Of a stretch of 64,000 nucleotides of DNA, positions 43,902-53,751 are shown in pieces (the stretch's first letter is position 1; each line of letters starts with the position of its first letter). The notes below the pieces were generated by a model. It saw nothing but the letters and a program-made list of their open reading frames with translations. It did no database searches and had not been told where the DNA came from. The stretch is from Escherichia phage JLBYU50, in the sequence record OK272470.1; one strand, given 5' to 3'. Made by a program: the position numbers and the translations under genes.

Positions 43902-44531
43902 ATGGCAGTGAGTGTTGACCATGTGACAACGTGGGATAGTATCAATGAAGATGTTAAAGACCTACTGATTGAAGATTTTAAATCTTCTCCGAACATTGTC
44001 AAACTACTCTATATCATTTCTAGCGAAAAACAAAAGATAGATCAGGCAATGATCTATCTTGCCAAACACCGCTTAATCTCTACTGCAACTGGTAAGTATT
44101 TAGATCTTATTGGTGAAGAAATGGGGATGGAAAGAAATGGTGCTACAGATGAAGAGTATCGTACAATATTAAAAATCAGGGCTTATCGTGTTGCGTCTTC
44201 TGGTACGCGAGATGATATCATTGATATGTTCGCTCGTTTTACAGGAACAGAAAAAGAAACGATTAATACATACGTTGGATTAAATAAAACATTCGACGTA
44301 TTCTTTTATAATTTGTGTCTACAATCCGATCAGGCAGTAGCACAGTTACTTAACGTTTTCCCGATCCTAAGTAGTTATCGCTTAGGTGCGAAAGCGGGTT
44401 CAGCCTTTGGTTTCACTTCCTATTATGCCACAAAGCCACCTCATGGTATAGGTGGTTTAGGTTCTCTTTACACAGAGGCTGAAGGAGATGATACAGGGCG
44501 AATGACTATGCTGATAGCTCAAATAGAATAA
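43902..44531 (+). CDS. tail protein (209 aa)
   Basis: ORF track. Confidence 0.4.
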   Translation: MAVSVDHVTTWDSINEDVKDLLIEDFKSSPNIVKLLYIISSEKQKIDQAMIYLAKHRLISTATGKYLDLIGEEMGMERNGATDEEYRTILKIRAYRVASSGTRDDIIDMFARFTGTEKETINTYVGLNKTFDVFFYNLCLQSDQAVAQLLNVFPILSSYRLGAKAGSAFGFTSYYATKPPHGIGGLGSLYTEAEGDDTGRMTMLIAQIE

Positions 44532-44544
44532 GGAGTTACCCTTA

Positions 44545-45528
44545 ATGGCAAAGCCACAATACTACCCTGACTGGGCGACACAAACAGTAACCCTCCCAGG
44601 AACGGGAAACACAAACAAGATTAGACCAAAAGAAACCATCCGTAATGTTGGTATGGACTTTGGTCAGATTATGACTTGTGAAGAAATGAACTGGATCTTA
44701 AACAATATTGGGTCTTGGATTCGCTATATGCAAGATGAATTCTTCCCAACATTGCCTACGACATATCTTCCTATAGTCGGTACTAAAATTACAATGGCAG
44801 GTGATGCTACAGGTGAAGTTACATGGAATGGTAATGCTGCTGTAACATTGTCTATTCAAGTAGTAGATAACAGCCATAATCACTTATCAGCTAACATTAC
44901 AGACGCAACATCAAACCAAGTTGTAGGGAATGTCCTTGTTAAGCGTGATAATGGTGGTGCTATCTATGCAGGTGATATTTACACTTGTGGTACAGGTGCT
45001 ACAGATCCTGCAACATTATTTTTTAGAAACTACAACGGACAAACAGTAGGTAATATGTCCTCTGAACCAGGTGCAGGTGGTCAACTCTATATTTATAGAA
45101 TAAATCCATCTACTGGAGGAACATCTTGTGGAGTCCGTTTGTATGATGCAGGTTATGTTTTAATAGACAATCCTCGTTCTAATTCTGGTCAAGATACTGG
45201 TAATGGTAATGCTCTTGTAAGATTAGATTATCTTAACTCAAGACTAAACTCATTGCAAAGCACACTGCAAAATAATATTAACAACGTTAATAGCAACTTG
45301 CAAGGCCAAATTAATAACATTAACAATAGAGTTTCTTCTGTTGTGTCTGGTATTCGTCTAGGAGCACGTATCCAAGCTGGTGTGTCTGAGTCTCGTTTCT
45401 ATGCTGGTCACGTGATCACAGGTTGGGGCTTTGGTGATAAGAAAGAACTTCGTGGTGCTTGGTATTGGTCAGCCCCGCTACAATATTATATTAATGGTAG
45501 CTGGATAACAGTAACCAACGTTTCATAA
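44545..45528 (+). CDS. tail fibre protein (327 aa)
   Basis: ORF track; AAGGAG RBS; Gly/Asn/Ser-rich repetitive region and N/Q-rich coiled segment. Confidence 0.5.
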   Translation: MAKPQYYPDWATQTVTLPGTGNTNKIRPKETIRNVGMDFGQIMTCEEMNWILNNIGSWIRYMQDEFFPTLPTTYLPIVGTKITMAGDATGEVTWNGNAAVTLSIQVVDNSHNHLSANITDATSNQVVGNVLVKRDNGGAIYAGDIYTCGTGATDPATLFFRNYNGQTVGNMSSEPGAGGQLYIYRINPSTGGTSCGVRLYDAGYVLIDNPRSNSGQDTGNGNALVRLDYLNSRLNSLQSTLQNNINNVNSNLQGQINNINNRVSSVVSGIRLGARIQAGVSESRFYAGHVITGWGFGDKKELRGAWYWSAPLQYYINGSWITVTNVS

Positions 45529-45537
45529 GGAGAGTCT

Positions 45538-46089
45538 ATGAAAAAAGATGTTATTTTTACAGGTTTTGAATTGTACGAACCGGAATTAACAGAGGAAAAC
45601 ATTCTTTATCTTTCTGTTGGCGGTGGTTTTTTGCAAGACAAGGATGGTAATGATTGGTATCAACTTCAAAAAACCTTGATGGCTGAATATCCCGACGCTT
45701 ATTTTATTACCTTAGATGATAATAATATTGTACGTGGTGCTACTAAAGATGTTACTACCTATTTCCCTGCCGGACAATCTATTTTAGTTACATATAATGC
45801 ACCAGATAAAATAGAAGATGAAAGTAATATTGGCTCTTGGCAATATGTTAAAGGTAAATTTGTTCCTCACAATAGTCTTGCTATTGAAGATGCTACTCTT
45901 AAGTTAGAAAAGGAGTTAACTTGGGCTACGAATCAAGTGTCTGCGATTCAAGATTTAGAGGAATTACAAGGTTTATCTGAAGAACAAAAAGATTGGTTAG
46001 GAAAAGTTAAACTCTATCGTGCAACATTAATTCAAATTAACGTTGAAGATGCACCTAATATAACTTGGCCTACAAGACCTAAGAAATAG
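45538..46089 (+). CDS. tail fibre assembly/accessory protein (183 aa)
   Basis: ORF track; immediately downstream of fibre gene; AAGGAGAG RBS. Confidence 0.4.
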   Translation: MKKDVIFTGFELYEPELTEENILYLSVGGGFLQDKDGNDWYQLQKTLMAEYPDAYFITLDDNNIVRGATKDVTTYFPAGQSILVTYNAPDKIEDESNIGSWQYVKGKFVPHNSLAIEDATLKLEKELTWATNQVSAIQDLEELQGLSEEQKDWLGKVKLYRATLIQINVEDAPNITWPTRPKK

Positions 46090-46098
46090 GGGCAATGT

Positions 46099-46440
46099 AT
46101 GGAGCTAACAGAAGTATGGGATATCGCTAAAGAGGCGATTATCCCTCTTATTGGCGTAATCTGGGTGGTCTTCAAACAGAAGATAGATGATATGGCAAGT
46201 GATTTGGATAAAATGGAAGACAAATACCGCGAACTAGAAAAGAAGTTGGTGTTTGTTGAATCCACTTATGCTACCAAAGCGGAACTTGCTCAAATGCTTA
46301 ACCAGATCAACTCTACATTAATGGCAAATAACACTGCCTTAGAACAGAAGATTGAAAAAATAATGGATTTAAAAAATGCTCCTGTTCAATTAATGTTAGA
46401 GGAGATTACGAAGCGCACACAAAGTAAGGACAAAAATTAA
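46099..46440 (+). CDS. small protein with N-terminal hydrophobic helix and coiled coil (113 aa)
   Basis: ORF track; IIPLIGVIWVVF segment then heptad-rich region. Confidence 0.4.
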   Translation: MELTEVWDIAKEAIIPLIGVIWVVFKQKIDDMASDLDKMEDKYRELEKKLVFVESTYATKAELAQMLNQINSTLMANNTALEQKIEKIMDLKNAPVQLMLEEITKRTQSKDKN

Positions 46441-48854
46441 TGGCGAATTTTCCAACATATCCTGCTACGACACTAGAACAAGGTGTTGATCTGGTTATAT
46501 TCTCGTCTAACCAGATGCATGATGTTATTAATGGGGATGCTACAGCAACTGTAGAAACCGAAACAGGTTTAATACCTACACTGCGTAAAGCACTTGTTGA
46601 TAACTTCTTCTTTAAGAGTCCTGTTGCTTGGTCAGCAGGATCAACTGAAACTGTATTTAACCAGTTACGTTATTTTGAAAACGGTATCTTGAGTGGGTAC
46701 TATTATGCCCCATCTGCCACTACTGCGAACCCTGTACCTATGCAGGGAACACCTGTAGGAGACAGTAACTGGACTCTGTACGCTCTTAAAACTGAACAGT
46801 TAGCTTCAGATGTGTATCCTTGGTATTTTAAAGGTGCTACAGGATATGAAACAGAAATCAGTCCTCCTTATATCTTTGATAATGCTATTGTCACCATTAA
46901 CGGTGTAATTCAGATTCAAGGTGAAGCATTTACTATCAAAGATAGTAAAATTATTCTGGCAGAACCATTAGGTTTAGATCCGTCTACTGGTCTACCTAAC
47001 AAATTGTTTGCTTTTATTGGTAAAACAACAGCCTCTACTTCTTACGTAGAGAAAAACCTTTTGTCATCCACCACTGGTGCAGCAATGGTTGGTCTTCCAT
47101 CTGGAGGCAACCTGTTACAAGCTCAATACTTTGTAACGCCTGAGCAGTTTGGTGCAATTGGTGATGGAGTTACCGATGATACTCAAGCAATTTTAAAAAC
47201 CATTACTTTCGCTAACACGAATAACATTCAAGTACGTGCAGATAAGAATTATAGATTCACAAGCTCAATTGCTATGTCTGGTATTCGTTGGTATGGTGGT
47301 ACATTCACTGGTAACGGTGGAACAATGATTTCTACTGTGTCCTGTTGGATGGAAAACGTTCGCTTTGAAAAATGTTATGTTAAGATGTTAGGTGGTGATT
47401 GCCGATTCTATCGTAATATCTTCTCCAATGCAACATCTACAGCAGCATTCTTAATGCAAGCAATGACAAGTGAAGGTACGTTGGACTTCAGTTACAACGA
47501 AATGTATGGTTGTAAATATGCGATCCTGCAACAAGGTACTGGAGAAGTAATGACCTACGGGCGTTACTCTAACAACTATATTCACGATATTAAAGGTGAT
47601 GCTATTGAACTTAACGTAGTTCAAAAACACTACACTGAAGGTTTGATTATCGAGAATAACCACATTGCTAACGTAGATGCTTCTGGACAAGGGGCAAACT
47701 GGGGTATTGGTATTGGTGTAGCAGGTAGTGGCCCATATGGTGTTGATGTTCCTGATTCACAATATGTACGTAATTTCAGTATCGTTGGGAATAGGGTTTA
47801 CAATTGCCGTCAATGTTTACACGTTGAAATGGGTAAAAACTTCACAATACGTGATAATGAAGTTTATCCTAACACAGCAGTTTCAACAGGTACAGGTTTA
47901 ACTACTTGTGGTGTTGCATTATACGGATGCCAAGATTTTGAAGTTGATGGTTTAACTGGTTATCTGCTTAATGATCCATCTGTTTCAACACGCATGGTCT
48001 TTATTGACTGGGGTGTTAACAGTGGAAGATATGCGGGGCCACCAATTAACTTTACAATTAAGAATTTGGATATTCCAGAATCTTCAATTGAGATTGCAAC
48101 ATCTGGATCAGATGACTGGGAAAACTCTACAATTGTTAGTAATATCAATTGTAATGTTTTTAAATGGCGTGGGCTACCATCTAGCTCTACCTTTAATAAT
48201 ATTCGTTGCCGTAGTATTGACTTTATTGGTCAACACGGAAGCGGAGAAGGAAGTGGTGGCGGTTTCTATACTCGCAGCCAATTCACGTATATGAAGTGGG
48301 TAGGATGTACAGCACTTAGCGGAGATGAAACAACAGTTTCTTTTGCTAAAATCTACACTGATCGTTGCGATCAGGTTGGAAATAACTTTGGTGTTCCAAC
48401 TGCTGTTGATGGTACAGGTCATCGTGGGCCAGTTTTAACTACTATTTCTGAACAATATTTTACAGCTTATGATGAATTCCCAGGTGGGCGTGAATTCCCT
48501 ACTGGAACAGTTATTCATTGTGCAAGCGGTAAAAAACATGTTGTTACAGTAGGTGGTGCTTTCTTTAGTGCCAACGAGAAAATAAAAGCAACTGTTACAG
48601 GTCAAACCTATCTACAGTCTAATGCTTTAAACTGGGCTAGTAATGGCTACGCTAAAGCAGCAGGTACTAAGATTGTTATTCCAGGTGCAGGTGCAAATGG
48701 CGGCGATCTTGTGACAACTATAGCACGTGCTACATATGTGACAAATAGTTTGTACACAATAGATATTGCAGATCCAATTGTAACACCTACAGCAGAGAAT
48801 ACACAAATTAAAGCTCTGAACCCTGTTACTTTTGTTACTGTCAATAATGCTTAA
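46440..48854 (+). CDS. tailspike with pectate-lyase-type beta-helix (depolymerase-like)
   Basis: FGAIGDGVTDDTQAI near 47147-47190, hallmark N-terminal cap of pectate-lyase-fold tailspikes; 804 aa. Confidence 0.65.
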   Translation: MANFPTYPATTLEQGVDLVIFSSNQMHDVINGDATATVETETGLIPTLRKALVDNFFFKSPVAWSAGSTETVFNQLRYFENGILSGYYYAPSATTANPVPMQGTPVGDSNWTLYALKTEQLASDVYPWYFKGATGYETEISPPYIFDNAIVTINGVIQIQGEAFTIKDSKIILAEPLGLDPSTGLPNKLFAFIGKTTASTSYVEKNLLSSTTGAAMVGLPSGGNLLQAQYFVTPEQFGAIGDGVTDDTQAILKTITFANTNNIQVRADKNYRFTSSIAMSGIRWYGGTFTGNGGTMISTVSCWMENVRFEKCYVKMLGGDCRFYRNIFSNATSTAAFLMQAMTSEGTLDFSYNEMYGCKYAILQQGTGEVMTYGRYSNNYIHDIKGDAIELNVVQKHYTEGLIIENNHIANVDASGQGANWGIGIGVAGSGPYGVDVPDSQYVRNFSIVGNRVYNCRQCLHVEMGKNFTIRDNEVYPNTAVSTGTGLTTCGVALYGCQDFEVDGLTGYLLNDPSVSTRMVFIDWGVNSGRYAGPPINFTIKNLDIPESSIEIATSGSDDWENSTIVSNINCNVFKWRGLPSSSTFNNIRCRSIDFIGQHGSGEGSGGGFYTRSQFTYMKWVGCTALSGDETTVSFAKIYTDRCDQVGNNFGVPTAVDGTGHRGPVLTTISEQYFTAYDEFPGGREFPTGTVIHCASGKKHVVTVGGAFFSANEKIKATVTGQTYLQSNALNWASNGYAKAAGTKIVIPGAGANGGDLVTTIARATYVTNSLYTIDIADPIVTPTAENTQIKALNPVTFVTVNNA

Positions 48855-48857
48855 TTA

Positions 48858-48882
48858 AAAAGGGGCGAAAGCCCCTTTATAA
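48858..48882 (+). terminator. rho-independent terminator-like hairpin
   Basis: AAAGGGGC-GAAA-GCCCCTTT followed by ATAAAAGG. Confidence 0.5.
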
Positions 48883-48895
48883 AAGGAGTAGTAAA

Positions 48896-50857
48896 GTGAT
48901 TTTAACACGTCCAAATAGTGCCATTGCAGACATGGTAGAGTCTCGCTATAGAAAGCGTAGAAGTTTTGCAAGTGGTTTTACCTTAAGAGATGCTCGTGAA
49001 GCATTGCTCTTTGAAGCTGACGGTAACTACTATCAGTGGAAAGGTTCTCTACCTAAAGTTGTACCTGCTAACTCTACTCCTACATCTACTGGAGGGATTT
49101 CAGATACAGCTTGGAAAAATGTGGGTAATGCAGATGACATTGCTCAAATAGAATCAGAATTAGATGCTATTGAAGCTGAAATTGAAGATCTTAGAGAATC
49201 CATTCCAGAAGCTGGTAAATCAGCTTACCAGATTGCCGTAGACAATGGTTTCCAAGGTACTGAGACAGACTGGTTGGCTTCTTTAAAAGGTGATCCAGGT
49301 GCTCCATTAAAGCTGCTAGGGACGCTATCTAATACCAACCAATTACCTACAACTGGAAACAATGCAGGAGATGCATGGATTGTAGGCGAGAATATGTATG
49401 CTTGGGATGGTACTGCTTGGAGAAAAGTAAACTCACAGGGGCCAGAAGGTAAATCAGCTTATCAAGTTTGGCTTGCAGCAGGAAACCAAGGTACAGAACT
49501 AGATTATCTTGCTTCAATTAAAGGTGATAAAGGGGAACCTGGCCCAGAGGGGCCACAAGGTGTGCCAGGTAACAATGCTAATGGTTTTGATTACCAAGGT
49601 GCAGCTAATTCCGTTTCAGATCTTCCTTCTGCATCTCCTGGAAACACATCTCAAGCATGGAGTATTGGTACATATCTATACGTGTCAAACGGTGTAGAAT
49701 GGATCAATATGGGCGCTATAGTGGGGCCAAAAGGAGATAAAGGCGACAAAGGAGATAAGGGTAACACTGGTGATTCTGCTTATCAAGTCTGGTTAAATGC
49801 TGGTAACGTTGGTACTATTGACGAATATATTGCCTCTCTGAAAGGAGAAAAAGGTGATAAGGGAGACAAGGGTGATCAAGGTGAGCAGGGTATACAAGGC
49901 TTGACGGGGCCAACTGGTGCAGGGTTGACAATTATTGATATTCTGACTGACACTTCTGAACTACCACAAACTGGAGAAGATGGTGATGGTTATCTGATCA
50001 ATAATGAACTTTGGGTTTGGTTGCAAGGAGCCACACAGTGGACAAATGTTGGTCGTTTAGCTGGTACTCCAATCACTGCAAAAGGACACGTTGCGTCTGC
50101 AAGTGCACTTCCTCCTACAGCCAATTACGGTGATGCTTATCTGACGGAAGATACAGGTCATCTTTACATTTACACCTATGATGAACAAACTCAAACTGCT
50201 GAATATGTAGATATGGGTAGTTTGAAAGGTGATAAGGGTGAAAAAGGTGACGCTGGTACTAACGGTACAGACGGTGCAACTTGGATTGTTAAAACAACAG
50301 ATCCAATCTCTAGTGATGGTAAACAAGGTGATTATGCCTTTAATATCTCCACTGGCGAGGTGTTCTTAAAAACATCTGCAACTGCCTGGACTTCTCAAGG
50401 TACACTGCCTAGCATCACAGATGCACCTAGTGACGGTAAAATTTATGCTCGTAAAGATGGAGCATGGGAAGAACTCACTAGTTCTGTAGATGGTCAAGAT
50501 ATAGTTCCAACAAAAGTAACAGCTAATTTTATAGAGGTTACAGCATACACCAACAACTCTGTTACAGGTGACTGGACACCTCCAGGAACACATAACATGA
50601 ATGTGTTGAATCTTACTGGTAACGCTACTATAAAAGCATGGCCTGGTGTCGAAGATAGCACAAAACCTAAACCATTCTCTGCAATAGTTTATCTTATCCA
50701 AGATGCCACTGGGGGTCATACTGTTACTTTAGATCCATCTTACAAAGTAATTGGTTCTAGTGATATTAATACAGATCCTAACGGAGTAACAATACTACAA
50801 CTAACATATTGTGGTATTGGCGATTACGTGGATGCTATTGTTGCTAAACGCACATAA
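48896..50857 (+). CDS. tail fibre with collagen-like G-X-Y tracts and internal triplication
   Basis: GTG start after AAAGGAG; GDKGEPGPEGPQGVPG, GPKGDKGDKGDKGNTGDS, KGEKGDKGDKGDQGEQGIQGLTGPTGAG, GDKGEKGDAGTNGTDGA; three copies of SAYQ.W..AGN.GT..DY.AS.KG. Confidence 0.6.
   Translation: MILTRPNSAIADMVESRYRKRRSFASGFTLRDAREALLFEADGNYYQWKGSLPKVVPANSTPTSTGGISDTAWKNVGNADDIAQIESELDAIEAEIEDLRESIPEAGKSAYQIAVDNGFQGTETDWLASLKGDPGAPLKLLGTLSNTNQLPTTGNNAGDAWIVGENMYAWDGTAWRKVNSQGPEGKSAYQVWLAAGNQGTELDYLASIKGDKGEPGPEGPQGVPGNNANGFDYQGAANSVSDLPSASPGNTSQAWSIGTYLYVSNGVEWINMGAIVGPKGDKGDKGDKGNTGDSAYQVWLNAGNVGTIDEYIASLKGEKGDKGDKGDQGEQGIQGLTGPTGAGLTIIDILTDTSELPQTGEDGDGYLINNELWVWLQGATQWTNVGRLAGTPITAKGHVASASALPPTANYGDAYLTEDTGHLYIYTYDEQTQTAEYVDMGSLKGDKGEKGDAGTNGTDGATWIVKTTDPISSDGKQGDYAFNISTGEVFLKTSATAWTSQGTLPSITDAPSDGKIYARKDGAWEELTSSVDGQDIVPTKVTANFIEVTAYTNNSVTGDWTPPGTHNMNVLNLTGNATIKAWPGVEDSTKPKPFSAIVYLIQDATGGHTVTLDPSYKVIGSSDINTDPNGVTILQLTYCGIGDYVDAIVAKRT
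49520..50280 (+). repeat. collagen-like triplet-repeat coding tracts (GGT/GAT/AAR-rich)
   Basis: repetitive ggtgataarggngan units at about 49522-49570, 49724-49775, 49840-49925 and 50228-50280. Confidence 0.6.
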
Positions 50858-50860
50858 TCA

Positions 50861-50886
50861 AAGCCCCTTCGGGGGCTTATTGTTTA
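50861..50886 (+). terminator. rho-independent terminator
   Basis: AAGCCCC-TTCG-GGGGCTT followed by ATTGTTT. Confidence 0.55.
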
Positions 50887-50896
50887 AGGAGATTAA

Positions 50897-53716
50897 ATGT
50901 ATCCTATTCCTTTATTTATGTCAACAACATCAGCTTCAGTAGTAACAGCTACATCTATAACCACTTCCTCTATTGGTATTGCAATAGTTGGTAGTAAAAA
51001 GCAACTGACATACACAGTTTCACCGGAAGATGGTGCGTTATTTGATATAGCTTTTTCATCTTCAGATAATACCAAAATGGTTATAGATAATAGTGGTATG
51101 ATGGAGTTTGTTGCCGAAGGTGGTTTTGATGCAATAATGACAGCTAAAAATAATTTAGGTGCTGTCTTAACTGATCAATCTGGTGGTTATGCTTCAGAAT
51201 TAAGCGTGTACACTGAAAGTCTATCAGCTATGGATGTAGGCACTACTCAACAGTTGGTTGCTACAATCAGTCCAGAAGGTGCTAAAGATCTTCCAGACAT
51301 GGTAATTACGTACACCACAACAGATCCAGAAGTAGCTACTGTAAGCCCTACAGGATTAATAACTGCTCTTAAAGATGGTAATTGCCGTATAGGTTGTACT
51401 GCAACTTATCAAGGAACAGTGGTGGCCTCTGATAGTTCTTATTTAGGTGTTAATGCTATTCCTGTTATTTCTAATGTAACAGCCGTGGCAAACAGCTATG
51501 GAGACGTTCGTGTTGCTTGGGATGTAGCTGATCCGCTAGATGGTGATACTTATACTGTAGAAGTATTAGATTTAAGTAATAATAGTGTTCAGTGGACTAC
51601 AACAACCACGAATACTTACGCTTACTTTGATATCTCTGACTCTATTCCTCTTTATGGGTTTGCTCCAACATACCTTAAAATTAGCGTTAAGAGCACCAAA
51701 GCAGCAGCCGTTATCTTTAATAACTCAATAGCTACAGATGATTCGTTCATTAAAGAAGTTATTGTTTTTGCTGGACAAGATAACGTAAATGCACACTTTA
51801 CAGAACTATCTGGTGCAAATAAAGCAGCAATGAGTAGCACAACAGCCCGTAATGCATATGCTACGCAACGTGGTTTAGCAAATGCTGAAGTTCTTCCGTT
51901 AAATACAGCTTCTGGATCATCAGCAGCAGATAAATATGCTGACGATAAAGCTGGAACAGGTACACCAGACAACTACTGGTATGATCTGGATAACACAGCA
52001 GATGGGCCATGCTTAACTAACTTTATCACTAAAGTCACACCTTATGCAAGTAAGGTTAAAGCCATTATTTGGGGACAAGGTGAAAATGATGCTGTATCAT
52101 CATCTTCAACTGTTGCAGGTAGATACAGTAACACTACACGTTACCATGATGCTACGATAGCTATCTTTGATAAGATGCGTACAATAGTTCCTGCTTCTCA
52201 AGCAAAAATTGTTTGGCAGATCCTGGGACGTTCTTATTTATATGGTGTAGAAGTTAATGGTGTGGATTGGCAGAAGTACAGAAATGTACAAAGAACCATC
52301 TCTACAGCACGTGATGATGTTATCATTGGTTCTTGGGTAGATGGTGCTGAACGTTACAGTGGTTATGTTTATGAAGAAGGTATTGATGGTCGTATCCATT
52401 ATATTTCTTCTGTATACCAAACAGCAGCTACAAAACTTGCTAAATCAGCAGCAGACGGTACAGACCTAACATCAACGTCACCTGTTTGGGTTGATATGGC
52501 TGTTCCAACTGGAGCAACAGCTACTTCCCAATCTAATCAAGATACAATTTTAGTATGGGATGCTCAAGGCTATAGTAAACACTACTTCCGTAATATTAAC
52601 GTCTTAACAGCATCTGTATTAACTGAACAAACGCTTAATACGAACAGCTATACGTTTACCTATGCAGATCAAGTAGAACAATATGGTTTTGCAGCAGGAA
52701 CTACTATATTTGATGTTGCATATTATGATGAAGCAAATGATGTGTTATCTCCTTTAGTACGTTTTAATGTTAACGTTACAGCAGGAACCGTAGAAGATAA
52801 ACCTGTAGTGATGGATTATGATTTAACACAAGAAACTCTTCCATCAGATGTTAAGGTTAATGGTGGGAACTCTTTTGCTCGTGCTTCTGGAGATACACTT
52901 GTAGCCACTAACACCTTGGTTGCTCCGTTGGAGTATGTTGGCACTACCCCTGTAGGTAGACGTGTAACAGCTAACACAGCTACACAAATTTTTGTCAACA
53001 ACGCCTTAACAAGCGCAAGCCCGTGGGTAAAGACCAACTTAACTGTTTCAACTTCATCTGATAAATCTCCGGCTGGAACTACTGCCAATGTATTCAAATT
53101 AACTCCGACTACAACATCTGGTAGTCATATCTTAACTGCAACATATACTAACGCGTACAACATATATGCCGGACGTAACTGGTCTGCCTCTGTTTTCTTG
53201 AAAGCGAACGGGATTACTAAGGCCAAACTAAGATTAAAAGCAGGAACTGAAGTTAATGAGGGTACTTTTGATTTAGCAGCAGGTACATTTACAGGAAGTG
53301 AAGCTAATATTATATCTATGGGTAACGGTTGGTATCGTGCTATTCTGCATAAAACAGGGATAGCCAAACAGTCCTCCATAAGTTTTGAAATAATTGCCTT
53401 GGATGCAACTGGTGCGGAGATTTTCGCTGGGGATGGTACTAGTAACCTTGCAGTTTGGTTGCCACAGCTTGAAGGTGCTCCTACAGGAGAAACATCAAAA
53501 GCTGGAGCGCCTTATGTCTGCACATATCCTGGAAGTTTAGGAGGAGTATCCTTCACTATACCAAGGAACGGACATACTGGTGTGGATGTTTACTATTCCA
53601 ACGGGGACGTTGTTCGTGACGTATTCTCTGGTACGGCATCTACTTGGACAATAAACTACTCCAGCTTGTACGATTGGGGATCAGTCTTTATTACAGGTTT
53701 GAAATATTACGACTAA
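50897..53716 (+). CDS. tail fibre/adhesin with Ig-like (Big_2-type) segment and SGNH/SASA-like esterase-fold domain
   Basis: 939 aa; VGTTQQLVATISPEG...ATVSPTGLITALKDGNCRIGCTATYQG resembles Big_2; VIVFAGQDN (about 51771) and IWGQGENDA (about 52071) resemble sialate-O-acetylesterase blocks I and III. Confidence 0.55.
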   Translation: MYPIPLFMSTTSASVVTATSITTSSIGIAIVGSKKQLTYTVSPEDGALFDIAFSSSDNTKMVIDNSGMMEFVAEGGFDAIMTAKNNLGAVLTDQSGGYASELSVYTESLSAMDVGTTQQLVATISPEGAKDLPDMVITYTTTDPEVATVSPTGLITALKDGNCRIGCTATYQGTVVASDSSYLGVNAIPVISNVTAVANSYGDVRVAWDVADPLDGDTYTVEVLDLSNNSVQWTTTTTNTYAYFDISDSIPLYGFAPTYLKISVKSTKAAAVIFNNSIATDDSFIKEVIVFAGQDNVNAHFTELSGANKAAMSSTTARNAYATQRGLANAEVLPLNTASGSSAADKYADDKAGTGTPDNYWYDLDNTADGPCLTNFITKVTPYASKVKAIIWGQGENDAVSSSSTVAGRYSNTTRYHDATIAIFDKMRTIVPASQAKIVWQILGRSYLYGVEVNGVDWQKYRNVQRTISTARDDVIIGSWVDGAERYSGYVYEEGIDGRIHYISSVYQTAATKLAKSAADGTDLTSTSPVWVDMAVPTGATATSQSNQDTILVWDAQGYSKHYFRNINVLTASVLTEQTLNTNSYTFTYADQVEQYGFAAGTTIFDVAYYDEANDVLSPLVRFNVNVTAGTVEDKPVVMDYDLTQETLPSDVKVNGGNSFARASGDTLVATNTLVAPLEYVGTTPVGRRVTANTATQIFVNNALTSASPWVKTNLTVSTSSDKSPAGTTANVFKLTPTTTSGSHILTATYTNAYNIYAGRNWSASVFLKANGITKAKLRLKAGTEVNEGTFDLAAGTFTGSEANIISMGNGWYRAILHKTGIAKQSSISFEIIALDATGAEIFAGDGTSNLAVWLPQLEGAPTGETSKAGAPYVCTYPGSLGGVSFTIPRNGHTGVDVYYSNGDVVRDVFSGTASTWTINYSSLYDWGSVFITGLKYYD

Positions 53717-53720
53717 TAAA

Positions 53721-53750
53721 AAAGGAGCCTAATGGCTCCTTTTCTTTTAT
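53721..53750. terminator. bidirectional terminator at convergent junction
   Basis: AAGGAGCC-TAAT-GGCTCCTT flanked by AATAAAAAA upstream and TTTCTTTTAT downstream; separates last + strand gene from first convergent minus-strand gene. Confidence 0.65.
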
Positions 53751-53751
53751 C

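Noticed and set aside
49520-50280. Short repeated GGTGATAAGGG-type units that might suggest a CRISPR array or VNTR
   Set aside because: The repeats are in frame inside a long ORF and encode collagen-like G-X-Y triplets; there are no uniform spacers or flanking leader, so not CRISPR.
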